Origin: a bacterium
Lineage (GTDB): Bacteria > Hinthialibacterota > Hinthialibacteria > Hinthialibacterales > Hinthialibacteraceae
DNA length: 64,000 bases
Direction: 5' to 3'
Assembly: GCA_041946805.1 (NCBI GenBank)
Contig: JBHGBC010000001.1
Location: 135,588-199,587, forward strand
Position 1 is the first letter of the stretch; each line of letters starts with the position of its first letter. Position numbers and translations under genes: made by a program. Shown in pieces: positions 1-10,133 of the stretch. Under the pieces are notes generated by a model. The model ran no database searches, was not told the origin of the DNA, and saw only the letters and a program-made list of their open reading frames with translations.

Positions 1-7
1 GATTATC

Positions 8-442
8 GTGTTGGTGGGATTGGCCTTCTATGCCAAGGGGCCGGATGGTTTTTTCTCGAAAACCGGGACGGATTCCACGCCGGCCGAACCGGCCAACGCC
101 CTCGACAAGATGCAGAAGATGGTGGAAGAGCGCCTGCCCCAGTTGCGTGGCAACGGCGAACGCCTGCTGGGCGACATTTCGAATTTTTTCAAGGACTTGA
201 ATACCCAAGCCAAGGATGTCATTCTTTCGGCGTCTCCTGCACTTTCGCAAGCGATTTCCGAACGCGTCTTTTCGGCGACCACGCCCCTGACCGAATCCGA
301 AAAGGATGAGATCGGAAAAGAACTGAAAGCCCTGGGAGAAGAATTACGCCAAAAGGGGCAGGAGGAGCTCGCCCGCCGCGCGGACGAGATTTATCAACAG
401 TTCAAGAAGAAACTGGAAGAGGCCGGCAAGGTCCAGCCGTAG
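8..442 (+). CDS. Hypothetical helical protein, probably 5'-truncated by the window edge
   Basis: Open frame from the window start, with a hydrophobic N-terminal segment followed by a charged helical region; no family recognised. Confidence 0.55.
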   Translation: MLVGLAFYAKGPDGFFSKTGTDSTPAEPANALDKMQKMVEERLPQLRGNGERLLGDISNFFKDLNTQAKDVILSASPALSQAISERVFSATTPLTESEKDEIGKELKALGEELRQKGQEELARRADEIYQQFKKKLEEAGKVQP

Positions 443-477
443 AAGCGGCGGGAGGATTTCCAACCGATCCATCTACC

Positions 478-1614
478 CTACTTTTTCAGAAAATATTCAA
501 AAAAACGGTATAGAATCTCGTTGGATTCGGGTGTGGGGTCGTGGCCCGCGCGGTTCGTCATGGCCACCCGGTTCTCGAATCCCAGCAGCCGGTTGACGGC
601 GACGGTGTGATTCAACGCCTTCCAGCGTTCTGGCTGGTCCTCGGAGCCGCCGGATACCAGAAACGGGCGGGGGGCCATGAGCGCGTGCAGTTCGTGCAAA
701 TCGAAGCCGCCCGCGATCATTTTCTTGTACGCCCCCGTGCGGGGATTGTCGTCCGTGGGAACGCCGGGCTTCCGCTCCACGCCCCGCTCGTAACCCAGGT
801 ACCAAGGCTCCCAGTAATTCACATTCGGGCGCGTCTCGTCGAACACGATACCCGGGTCGGAGACGGCGGCGCAGGCGAATTGGCCGTACAAGCAGGCCGC
901 GAACATCGCCCATTTCCCGCCGTACGAATGCCCGGTGATCCCCACGCGGGCCGGATCGACGCCGGGCACGGTCACCAGGGCGTTGTAACAATTGGCGGCC
1001 GCGTAGGCCAGGGCGGACAGCGGCTGCAGGTCGGCGTTGGCTTTGCCGGGATAGTACAACGAGGCGGGCATCCCCACCGACAGCGCGGCAAATCCGCGCC
1101 TGGCCAATTGATACCCGAAATCCCGCCGCTCCTTCCCCATTCCCGCCCCGGTCTCGGGATCGTAATACACCACGATGACCGCGGGCCACGGCGGCTGGGC
1201 GTCGGGGATCATGAGATAGCCCGGAATCGTACCGCCGTGGGGTGTGATCTCCACGGTCACTTTTTTGCGCGTGAATCCCTCGATCTTCTCCTCGCCGTGG
1301 ATGGTGATGGCCGGCTTCTCGATCAGGGGCGGCCATTTTCCCATCAGGCCGTGCCAGGCATCCAGGATTTCCTGGCGGCGTTTTTGCCATTCCGCCGCGG
1401 TTTTGACCGGACGGCCGTCATAAAACCGCAGGGGAGAGCGGTAGTTCCCCAGATCGTTCGCGAATTCGGGAGGCGGGCTGAAATACGCGGCCAGCCGCTC
1501 CCACCCGGCCGCGCTTTCCTCTCCCCCAACCGCCGGAAGGCCGGAGATCGCCATAATCCCCAGCAGCGTGATTGGATAAACGGCTCGATTTAGGACGAAT
1601 GCTTTCATCTCCAT
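478..1614 (-). CDS. Secreted alpha/beta-hydrolase (esterase, dienelactone-hydrolase/acetyl-xylan-esterase-like)
   Basis: Signal-peptide-like N-terminus, nucleophile elbow GHSYGG, 'VDPARVGITG', 'LMAPRPFL' and a C-terminal GH. Confidence 0.8.
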   Translation of the reverse strand: MEMKAFVLNRAVYPITLLGIMAISGLPAVGGEESAAGWERLAAYFSPPPEFANDLGNYRSPLRFYDGRPVKTAAEWQKRRQEILDAWHGLMGKWPPLIEKPAITIHGEEKIEGFTRKKVTVEITPHGGTIPGYLMIPDAQPPWPAVIVVYYDPETGAGMGKERRDFGYQLARRGFAALSVGMPASLYYPGKANADLQPLSALAYAAANCYNALVTVPGVDPARVGITGHSYGGKWAMFAACLYGQFACAAVSDPGIVFDETRPNVNYWEPWYLGYERGVERKPGVPTDDNPRTGAYKKMIAGGFDLHELHALMAPRPFLVSGGSEDQPERWKALNHTVAVNRLLGFENRVAMTNRAGHDPTPESNEILYRFFEYFLKK

Positions 1615-1801
1615 TCCCCCAGGGTGGCAGGATGTGTTTTTCTATCATGATGGGCAAATCGGCGTCCGGAGGGAAGGCTGGAGGGAAGGTTTGATCTGAC
1701 GCCGCGGGAAGTTCTGAGGTTTTTAAATATCGAATATTTTCTAATACGGCCGGCCCGCCGGCCCTGTTTACGGATGGCTTGAATCCTTTGTCCCCCCCTG
1801 C

Positions 1802-2227
1802 TTACCGGCTGATCTCCCTCTCCACCTCAACCAACGTTTGGGGGGCCTGGAGGACGGCGCGCGGCAGGAGGGCTTCGATCACGCCGATGCGGAACTTGTT
1901 GGTCTGCTTGAGCGCCAACAAAAAACTGAGCCCGAAAACCAGCGTGACCGTGATCATCACGAGGGTGAACATTTTGAGGAGATAATGCTTTTCCCGGTTT
2001 CGCATCGCCTCGGCGTGATCGAGCAACGGCTCCAGACGATAGTCTCCGGCGGCTTGCGCCTGTTGGGTGATCCGCAGCAGCTCGGGGGGCACTTCCCCGG
2101 GAACCAGGGGTGGAACATAGCCCGATTCCAGTATTTTCAGCCGCCAAAGCAGCCAGGGATTCCTCGACGCCAACAGATACGCTTCCCGGCGAATATCCAG
2201 ATCTTTCAGCAAAGTTGGGTCTTCCAT
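1802..2227 (-). CDS. Hypothetical membrane protein
   Basis: 141-aa ORF with one hydrophobic segment (MFTLVMITVTLVFGLSFLLAL). Confidence 0.55.
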   Translation of the reverse strand: MEDPTLLKDLDIRREAYLLASRNPWLLWRLKILESGYVPPLVPGEVPPELLRITQQAQAAGDYRLEPLLDHAEAMRNREKHYLLKMFTLVMITVTLVFGLSFLLALKQTNKFRIGVIEALLPRAVLQAPQTLVEVEREISR

Positions 2228-2868
2228 GATTCACCTAAACATGCCATGTCCCGTTGTTGTATTTTTCCCCCCATTGTCCCTCTACATGCCGGGGGAGAGA
2301 AAAGCAGAATACTTTTTAATTTCTGGATGGATTACTTTTTCAGGATGGATTCCGCTTCGTTGATCCATCCTCCATCGATGAAAAACAAACTCTATCTATC
2401 TGGGTGGTCACATCGGCCCGCCCCTCCCATAATTCCCTTACTCTAATCCTCTCCCCGAGGGAGAGGGAATTTGGGATTGATCTCATTCTCCATCCCGGCC
2501 GGGCTTTTCCGGATAAATCCAACGCCTGACCGTGCAAGGGCACGTGGCCCCGTGCCCTTACGATGAAGGATTTGCCATAAACTTGAATTTCCTCATCCGC
2601 AAAAAATCACTTCCCGGCAATCCCGAGGGGATTTTTTTCATCCCTATCTTTTAATTCTGTCGGAGAAAACCTCCCTGTTTTCCCCGACAGCCGCTCGCCG
2701 GCGCAGACGCGGTATTCTAGGCCAAAATCCGAAAACGCAACCGCTGTACCAATCCGCGGCCTTACGTTCCCAATCAGGTAACTTGTTTCATTTTATAGAG
2801 TTGCTAGGATTAAGCGGGCTTCTGTTCCAAAATCGCCCAAGAGACGCGAGGGCAAAAAATTCCCTTCC

Positions 2869-4116
2869 ATGGAGACTGCTGTACAAAATTTTCCTGCCTT
2901 GCGCCCTTACCACGAATTGTCCCGCGGCCTGGCCGGGGGGCCGGCGGGGATTTACATCCACTTCCCGTTTTGCCGCGCCAAATGCAACTACTGCGCGTTC
3001 GTCTCAGGTCCGCCCGCCTCGGACGCGGAGATGGACCGCTATCTGGACGCCCTCGTGATCCATCTCCGGCTGGGGGCGGCGGCCGCCGCCGGGCGGACGT
3101 TTTCCACCCTCTTCTTGGGCGGTGGAACACCCAGCCTGCTGGGTCCCGCCCGCCTGGCCCGGCTCTTCGAGACCGTATTCGAACACTACGCGTTCACACC
3201 GGACGCGGAAATCACCCTGGAGGCCAATCCCGAAAGCGCCACGCGGGAACTCTTCGAGACCCTGCGCCCGCTGGGCCTCAACCGGGTTAGCCTGGGGGCG
3301 CAGTCTTTCAATCCGGTTGAACTGGCGCGGATCGGGCGTGTTCATTCCGTGGATCAGATCCACCAGGCGGTGGACAACGCGCGCGCCGCCGGCATCGGCA
3401 ACCTGTCGCTCGATTTGATCTTCGCCTGGCCGGGACAATCCGTGGAGTCGTGGCGTTCCAACCTCCGTCAGGCTCTGGCGTGCGGCGTGGACCACCTGTC
3501 CGCCTACGCCCTGACCTACGAGGAAGGAACCCTCCTGGACCGGCTGCGGCGGGAGGGGAAAATTACTCCAGTTCTGGATGAAACGTATATAACGATGTAT
3601 GATGAGACACGGGATATTTTGTCCGCGGCGGGCTGGATCCATTACGAGATCTCCAACTGGCGCCGCCCGGGCCGCGAATGCCGCCACAACCGGATCTACT
3701 GGAACCGGGACGAATACCTCGCATTCGGGGCGTCCGCGCACGGGATGTTCCGCGGCCTCCGCTACGGCCTGATCCAGGACACGGGCCGGTACGTCCGGAC
3801 CTTGGCATCGGGCGCGTTGGAGGCCTCCGCCGAACGGGAAAACGCGTTTCTCCACCCGGACCTGCTGGCGGAATGGGTGGCGGTGACCCCGGAGGAGATG
3901 GCGTCCGATGTGATGATCTTCGGCTTGCGCCAGACGGAGGGGATTTCTCTGCTCCAATTCGAGGAGCGTTTCGGGTATACTGTATTGGAACGGTGGGGTG
4001 CGGCCGTGCGCCGCCTGCAAGAGCGGGATCTTTTAGAACAAAATGGAGACCGGATTCGACTAACGTCCAGGGCCTACATGCTCAGCAATGAGGTGTTCGT
4101 TCATTTCCTGGATTAA
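2869..4116 (+). CDS. hemW: Radical SAM heme chaperone (HemN-like)
   Basis: YIHFPFCRAKCNYCAF (CxxxCxxC), GGGTPS, EANP, YEISNW and HNRIYW (HemW-type HNxxYW). Confidence 0.9.
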   Translation: METAVQNFPALRPYHELSRGLAGGPAGIYIHFPFCRAKCNYCAFVSGPPASDAEMDRYLDALVIHLRLGAAAAAGRTFSTLFLGGGTPSLLGPARLARLFETVFEHYAFTPDAEITLEANPESATRELFETLRPLGLNRVSLGAQSFNPVELARIGRVHSVDQIHQAVDNARAAGIGNLSLDLIFAWPGQSVESWRSNLRQALACGVDHLSAYALTYEEGTLLDRLRREGKITPVLDETYITMYDETRDILSAAGWIHYEISNWRRPGRECRHNRIYWNRDEYLAFGASAHGMFRGLRYGLIQDTGRYVRTLASGALEASAERENAFLHPDLLAEWVAVTPEEMASDVMIFGLRQTEGISLLQFEERFGYTVLERWGAAVRRLQERDLLEQNGDRIRLTSRAYMLSNEVFVHFLD

Positions 4117-4143
4117 TCATACCAGACTCAGGTCGAAACAAGC

Positions 4144-4863
4144 ATGAGACGCTTATATTATTTGGTGGCGGATAAATTGCGGTATTTCACCTGGGGGCGG
4201 TCCGTGGTCTATCATGTCGGCCGTCACCAGCGGTTTTACGAAAACTTCGAGGCCCTCTACACGGCGCTCATCCTGGCGTTGATCATCAAATCCTTCATCC
4301 TCGAGGCCTACAAAATCCCTTCCAGTTCCATGCTCGATACGCTGCAGATCGGCGACCGCATCTTCGTCAGCAAATTCATTTACAACATCCGGGATATCAA
4401 GGTCGGCGACATCATCGTCTTCAAGACGGAAAACATCCCCGGCCTCGATTCCGACAACAAACCCTATTACATCAAGCGGGTGGTGGGCCTGCCGGGCGAC
4501 CGCATCGACATCAGCAACGGCCATATCTACCGCAACGGGCAGATGGTCACCCAGCCGGAATTTTTCCTCGAAAACGAATATTACCCCCTGCGCCGCAACG
4601 ACGAAACCCACTTCGTGGTTCCCAACGGCGAGGTGTTCGTGTTCGGCGACAACAGCCGCAACAGCTGGGACAGCCGGGCGTGGGGCGGCGTGCCCCTCGA
4701 GAACGTCATGGGCAAGGCCTTCTTCCGCTACTGGCCCTTGTCCCGCATCGGCGCGATTTACGACCTGCCCCCCGAGCCGGTCCGTGAAAAAATCGCCCGC
4801 GAACGGACCTCGAACAACCCCTCCCGCTTTTCGCCCGGCAGTGCGCAAGCCTCCGAGCAGTGA
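4144..4863 (+). CDS. lepB: Signal peptidase I
   Basis: TM helix, then IPSSSM (catalytic Ser), YIKRVVGLPGD (catalytic Lys) and GDNSRNSWDSR. Confidence 0.93.
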   Translation: MRRLYYLVADKLRYFTWGRSVVYHVGRHQRFYENFEALYTALILALIIKSFILEAYKIPSSSMLDTLQIGDRIFVSKFIYNIRDIKVGDIIVFKTENIPGLDSDNKPYYIKRVVGLPGDRIDISNGHIYRNGQMVTQPEFFLENEYYPLRRNDETHFVVPNGEVFVFGDNSRNSWDSRAWGGVPLENVMGKAFFRYWPLSRIGAIYDLPPEPVREKIARERTSNNPSRFSPGSAQASEQ

Positions 4864-4869
4864 CGCTCC

Positions 4870-5664
4870 ATGTCTTCCACCCGACTTTTAGCCGTCGACA
4901 TCGGCAACACCTCGACCGATATCGCCCTTTTTGAAGATTCCCAGCTGCGCAAACATGTTTTTCTGCCTTCCACCCCCTCCACCTACGACCGCCTTGGGCC
5001 GGTGCTGGATCCCTGGCAGGCGGAAGGCCGGCTGGACCAGGCCATCCTCGCCTCCGTCGTCCCCCCGCTGACCCCGTTGATGGTGAACCAGATCGAAAAC
5101 CGCCTGGGCCTCACGCCCATCCGGGTGGAGGATTTCAAAACCCGGCTCCTGCCGTTGCGGGTGGATTATCCCGAATCCGTGGGCGTGGACCGGGTGGTGA
5201 ACTGCTACGCCGCCATCCACCTGTACGATCTTCCGGCGATCGTCATCAGCCTGGGAACCGCCACCACCTTCGAGGCGCTCTCCGCCGCGGGCGAATACCT
5301 GGGCGGGGCCATCGCGCCGGGCGTGAAAATCTCCCTGGAGGCGCTCACCTCCCGCGCCGTCCTGCTGCCTGAAATTCACCTGGAAAAACCCGGCGCCCTG
5401 GTGGCCGCCAACTCCGTCGAGCAGATCCAATCCGGCGTCTATTTTGGGGCTCTCGCCATGATCGAGGGCATGGTTATGCGCATGCAGCCGCGGTTGGGCG
5501 GCCGCGCGCGGGTGATCGGCACGGGGGGCATCAGCAGCCTGTTCGCGGGCGAAAACCTCTTCGACCATCACGAGCCGATGCTGACCTTGAAAGGCCTCGA
5601 ACTCATCCACCGCCGGCATTGCTCGAATCTGGATCATCCGGCGAAAATCTCGGCGGCGCCATAA
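4870..5664 (+). CDS. coaX: Type III pantothenate kinase
   Basis: VDIGNT, GVDR, SLGTATTF, GGAIAPG and TGG motifs. Confidence 0.92.
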   Translation: MSSTRLLAVDIGNTSTDIALFEDSQLRKHVFLPSTPSTYDRLGPVLDPWQAEGRLDQAILASVVPPLTPLMVNQIENRLGLTPIRVEDFKTRLLPLRVDYPESVGVDRVVNCYAAIHLYDLPAIVISLGTATTFEALSAAGEYLGGAIAPGVKISLEALTSRAVLLPEIHLEKPGALVAANSVEQIQSGVYFGALAMIEGMVMRMQPRLGGRARVIGTGGISSLFAGENLFDHHEPMLTLKGLELIHRRHCSNLDHPAKISAAP

Positions 5665-5849
5665 TGAATAACCTGCATGCGCCACATGAATTCAGTGCAA
5701 CGGATTGGTATGTTTCCTTTTTCATGAAAAAATGACTACCCTCCATTCCGGTTGGCCCTCCCCCTCTGGGAGAGGGCCAGGGTGAGGGAAGCCCGGTAAG
5801 GGCGAAATAGGTTAGCCAGGGGCAACGCCCCTGGGGTGCTGAATGAACC

Positions 5850-7331
5850 ATGAAATCTCTCCGCCCCTGGATCCTCAACTTCCTCCTTGTCTGCATGACC
5901 GTCCTGGTCTGCCTGGGGGGGATTGAACTTGCCTTCCGCCTCCGTTCGCTCTTCACGCAACCTACCGTGGCCGACAAGCAGAGGGAATTCATCGAAACAC
6001 TGACCATTCCCTACTCGTATGGCGTGGTGCGTCCCCACGCGCGGATCGCGGATTTGCGGGATTATTTCCCCACCGGCAAGAACATTCCCGGCCCGGTCCC
6101 CATCGCAACCAACTCGTTCGGTTTGCGGATGCGCGAAATCTCCCTCGACAAGCCATCGGACACAATCCGCGTGGCAGTGATGGGGGATTCATGCACCTTC
6201 GGCTGGATGGTGCGGGAAGAGGATGCCTATCCCCGCGTGCTGGAACGGCTGTTAAACGAAAATTCCACGCGCCGCTACGAGGTGCTGAATTTCGGGGTGC
6301 CCGGCTACACCTCGTATCACGGCTGGCAACAATACCGCCGGCTGGTCAAGCCCTTCGCGCCGGATATCCTGATCCTGGCCTATGGCTTCAACGACTCGTA
6401 CGAAAGCCGCTTCCCGGAACACGAATTCCATGCTCTGCTGATGGAGAATCACCTGGCCGCGGGACTCTCCGGCGCGCCCTGGTTCGTGTTCGACCACAGC
6501 CGGTTCGGAGCGTGGCTCATCGGCCGCTTCCACTCCCGCTCCCAAAACGCGGTGGATGTGGTTTATCACCAGCGTGCAGCCGCCCATATCTGGCATCCCC
6601 GGGTGAGCCGCGAGGAATACCGGCAGAACCTCACGGCCATCACCCAGGACGCCGCCCAATCCGGGGCGCGGACGATCCTCGTCAACCTGGACCTGCCCAA
6701 CTCGTGGGCGCGGGACGCGCTCCCCAGCCTCGCCCAGTCCCTGGATATCCCTTGGGTGGATATCCGGGAGCAGTTCGAGCAACTCAGCGGGCATGAGGAA
6801 GAACAAAAGCGGCAGGAACTGAAACTGAAGCCTCCCGGCCCCCGCCCGGCGGCCGATCCGAACCAGCCCGCGTGGCTTTTCCGGGTGTGGATTCCGGAGG
6901 ACGCGCGGACCGAACCGGGTGTGCACTTGGTGTTCCATCATCAGGACCCCGCGAACTGGCCCCGGTATATTCCCCTCTTTGATGATGCCACGCACGGCGA
7001 CGAGCAGGCGGGCGACCGGGTCTGGTCCCGCGCGCTGACGGTTGATGAACTCGAGATAGGAGAAAATACGGCGTTGGATTACATGTTTCTCAACGGCCGC
7101 CTGCCCGGTGATCCGCCCGTGTATGAAAACACCCCCAAGGCGATCCGCTTCTATCACCGCCTGGACCTGCGGGACATCCCCCCTGGCTCGGATTGGACCT
7201 CCCCCGTGCATCTCCTCGATCACCTCCCCTTCGGCCAACTCCTGATCCCCGGCGATCCCATCCACCCCAACGGGGAAGGGCATCAAGTCATCGCGGAAAT
7301 GTTGGCGGAGGTGGTGAGGGGGGAGAAATAA
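5850..7331 (+). CDS. Membrane-anchored SGNH/GDSL hydrolase with an inserted domain
   Basis: N-terminal TM, GDSCTFG (block I), NFGVPGY (II), GFNDS (III) and DPIHP (V); insertion containing DDATHGDEQAGDRVWS. Confidence 0.8.
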   Translation: MKSLRPWILNFLLVCMTVLVCLGGIELAFRLRSLFTQPTVADKQREFIETLTIPYSYGVVRPHARIADLRDYFPTGKNIPGPVPIATNSFGLRMREISLDKPSDTIRVAVMGDSCTFGWMVREEDAYPRVLERLLNENSTRRYEVLNFGVPGYTSYHGWQQYRRLVKPFAPDILILAYGFNDSYESRFPEHEFHALLMENHLAAGLSGAPWFVFDHSRFGAWLIGRFHSRSQNAVDVVYHQRAAAHIWHPRVSREEYRQNLTAITQDAAQSGARTILVNLDLPNSWARDALPSLAQSLDIPWVDIREQFEQLSGHEEEQKRQELKLKPPGPRPAADPNQPAWLFRVWIPEDARTEPGVHLVFHHQDPANWPRYIPLFDDATHGDEQAGDRVWSRALTVDELEIGENTALDYMFLNGRLPGDPPVYENTPKAIRFYHRLDLRDIPPGSDWTSPVHLLDHLPFGQLLIPGDPIHPNGEGHQVIAEMLAEVVRGEK

Positions 7332-7604
7332 GGTTCATCCGGTCAGTGCGTACATTTTTCGGCAAACAGCGGGTGAGATCCAATCGCGGTAACCGGAGAA
7401 ATCATCACCAGCCCCTCTCCCTCTGGGAGAGGGCCGGGGTGCGGGAAAGCCTTCCCGCCGCGCTATGACTCCCCGGATTGTGTTTCCCCATCCCGAAATC
7501 CATATGAGTCCCCTTCAGGGACGGCTTTGAAGCAGCCCAGCGGTTCATTCCTGGGCCCAATGACTCTAGTGTCCTCACATCCCGGATGATCCAAAAAAAA
7601 GACC

Positions 7605-8597
7605 TCACCCGCCGCTCTCCACACGGATCTTCTTCCGTTTCATCTGCGTCAGCCGGTGGTGCCGCAGGCTGTCCATCATCACCGCCAGGAAGATGATGGC
7701 GCTGGTGATGAGCGGGTAGAGGTACGGGTCCGCGTTCATGATCACCAGGCCGTTCTCGACCGTCTGGATCAGCACCGCTCCCAGCACCGTTCCGGGGAAC
7801 ACATGGCCGCGCCCGCCGAACAAACTGGTCCCCCCCAGCACCGCCGCGGAGATGGCCGCGAACTCGCGCTGCTCCCCGAACTTGGGCGAGACCGCGCCCA
7901 GCTGGGCGACCGAGACGATCCCGCTCAAGGCCGCCAGCGCGCCGCAGATCAAATACACGCTGAACAGGACCGCCCGGGTGTCGATGCCCGCCTTTTGCGC
8001 CACATCCAGATCATAACCGGCCGCGTAAATCCTCCGCCCGAAAGGCGTCCGTTCCAAAACGATGTACGCTCCCGCCAGGACCAGCAGAAAGATCAACACC
8101 GGCACGGGCAACCCGGCGATCCGCGCCGTCCCCACGCGCACCAGGCCGCCGGGAAGGTTCATCGCCCGCGTTTGCGAAATCCAAAGTCCCAATCCCCTGC
8201 CGATATACTGCGCCGCCAGGGTCACGATGAAAGGTATCAGCCCCATCCGAGTGATCAACCACGCATTCACGCCCCCGCACGCCAGCCCCGTGATCAGGGC
8301 CGCCGCGAGCACCCAAGGCAACGCGTAGCCGCTCAGCACCATCTTGCCCGCGATGACCGCCGAGAGGAACATGATCGATCCGATCGAGAGATCGATGCCC
8401 GCCGTGAGCAGCACGAAGGTCATCCCAATCGCAGCGATCGCCATCGACGACGATTGGATCAGGATATTCACGAAATTGCCGAACGTCAGGAACGCTGGAG
8501 ATTGATACCCGAAAAACGCCACGCCCCCCCCGGCCAGGACGATCGGGACCAGGTTTTGACACAGGAACCTCCGGATCATTTGTGGAAAGCGTGTCAC
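7605..8597 (-). CDS. Sugar ABC transporter permease (RbsC family)
   Basis: AGIDLSIGS, PFIVTLA, RTPFGRRIYA and AAVLGGTSLFGGRG. Confidence 0.92.
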   Translation of the reverse strand: MTRFPQMIRRFLCQNLVPIVLAGGGVAFFGYQSPAFLTFGNFVNILIQSSSMAIAAIGMTFVLLTAGIDLSIGSIMFLSAVIAGKMVLSGYALPWVLAAALITGLACGGVNAWLITRMGLIPFIVTLAAQYIGRGLGLWISQTRAMNLPGGLVRVGTARIAGLPVPVLIFLLVLAGAYIVLERTPFGRRIYAAGYDLDVAQKAGIDTRAVLFSVYLICGALAALSGIVSVAQLGAVSPKFGEQREFAAISAAVLGGTSLFGGRGHVFPGTVLGAVLIQTVENGLVIMNADPYLYPLITSAIIFLAVMMDSLRHHRLTQMKRKKIRVESGG

Positions 8598-10111
8598 GTC
8601 TGCCGGTTCTCCCCCAAGGCGGCGCGGAGAATCCGCTCCCGGTCGAATTCAGGGCGCTCCAGGCATTCCTTGATCTCCCCCCGGCTCATCACCAGGATCC
8701 GGTCGCACATTCCCATCAACTCCTCGATCTCCGAGGAAATGAACAAAATGCCCACGCCCCGCCGGGTCAGTTCGTTCATGATTTTGTAGACCTCGTATTT
8801 CGCCCCCACGTCGATGCCCCGCGTTGGCTCGTCCAGGATCATCACCGACGGGCGGATCAACAGCCACTTCGCCAGCACCGCTTTCTGCTGGTTCCCGCCG
8901 CTGAGGGTCTTCACCGCGCGCTCCAGAGACGCGTCCGTCAGCCGCACCCCGGCCGCGGATTCCTGGACACGCGGCTTCAGCGTGCCGCTGGACAAGGGAT
9001 ACCAGGGCGCCGCCGTAAAACCCGGCAAGGCCGCCAGGGCGATGTTGTCCAGAGTGCTCGCTTCCATGAGCAAGCCCTCTTCACGCCGGTTTTCCGTCAG
9101 AAAAGCCAGTCCTCGCCCTATGCTTTTCCGGGGTGTGCCTCGCGAGAGAACCCGTTCACCCACCTGAATGCTTCCTTCCTTGCCGGGATCCAATCCGAAC
9201 AGGATGCGCGCCAGTTCGGAACGCCCGGAACCCATCAGGCCCGATATCCCCAAAATTTCCCTCCGGCGCAGCGTGAACGAAATATCGTGAACGATCCCCG
9301 GCCGGCTGAGATGGTTCACGGCCAGCAATGGTTCTGGAAAGGGCATCACATCGCGCGGTGGATAGAGTTGATCCATGCTCCGCCCGACCATGCGCGCGAT
9401 CATTGTCTCCAGGTCGAACTTTGCCCTGGGACCCTGAGCCGCCACCGCGCCGTCCCGCAGGATCACAATGTCATCGCACAGTTTCAGCACGTCTCCCAAG
9501 GCGTGGGAGATGTAAATCATCGATATCCCCCGGGCGCGCCATTGCTCGATGCGTTCGAACAGATGCCCGGTTTCGCGCGCCGTCAATGAGGTAGTAGGTT
9601 CGTCCAGGATGAGGATCCGGGCGTCCAGGTTCAGCGCCTTGGCGATTTCCACCAGCTGCCGTTCCCCTTGTGATAAGTTCTCGATCAACGTATCCGGCGG
9701 ATACTGGAGGCCGACGGATTCCAGCCGATCCCGTGTTTTGCGGGCCATGGACTGGCGGTCCACCCATGGCATCCCCAGGATTCTCCGCGTGGGGAAATCG
9801 TGAATAAACAAATTCTCCGCGATGCTGAGGTTGGCAAAGAGATTCAATTCCTGGTGGATGAACGCGATTCCCCGCCGGTACGCATCCGCGGGGCCGCGGG
9901 GATGGAAGGGTCCGTTATCCAGGACCAACCGGCCGCCATCTGGGGGGAAAACGCCTCCCAGGATGTTCATCAGGGTGGATTTCCCCGCCCCGTTCTCTCC
10001 CACCAGGCCCAGGATGTGTCCTTCCACCAGCGGGAAGCTCGCGCCGTGCAGCACGGGCACGCCATGGAAGCGTTTTTCAATTTGATCGAACTCCAAAATC
10101 ACCCGGCTCAT
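8594..10111 (-). CDS. Sugar ABC transporter ATP-binding protein (RbsA family)
   Basis: Two ABC domains (GENGAGKST; LSGGNQQK, LDEPTRGIDVGAK); start placed at ATG 10111. Confidence 0.93.
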   Translation of the reverse strand: MSRVILEFDQIEKRFHGVPVLHGASFPLVEGHILGLVGENGAGKSTLMNILGGVFPPDGGRLVLDNGPFHPRGPADAYRRGIAFIHQELNLFANLSIAENLFIHDFPTRRILGMPWVDRQSMARKTRDRLESVGLQYPPDTLIENLSQGERQLVEIAKALNLDARILILDEPTTSLTARETGHLFERIEQWRARGISMIYISHALGDVLKLCDDIVILRDGAVAAQGPRAKFDLETMIARMVGRSMDQLYPPRDVMPFPEPLLAVNHLSRPGIVHDISFTLRRREILGISGLMGSGRSELARILFGLDPGKEGSIQVGERVLSRGTPRKSIGRGLAFLTENRREEGLLMEASTLDNIALAALPGFTAAPWYPLSSGTLKPRVQESAAGVRLTDASLERAVKTLSGGNQQKAVLAKWLLIRPSVMILDEPTRGIDVGAKYEVYKIMNELTRRGVGILFISSEIEELMGMCDRILVMSRGEIKECLERPEFDRERILRAALGENRQT

Positions 10112-10133
10112 CGTGTCCCGTGTTCCCTTCCCC

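Noticed and set aside
2580..2860. Possible structured RNA upstream of hemW
   Set aside because: Two hairpins are present but no tRNA or riboswitch consensus could be recognised
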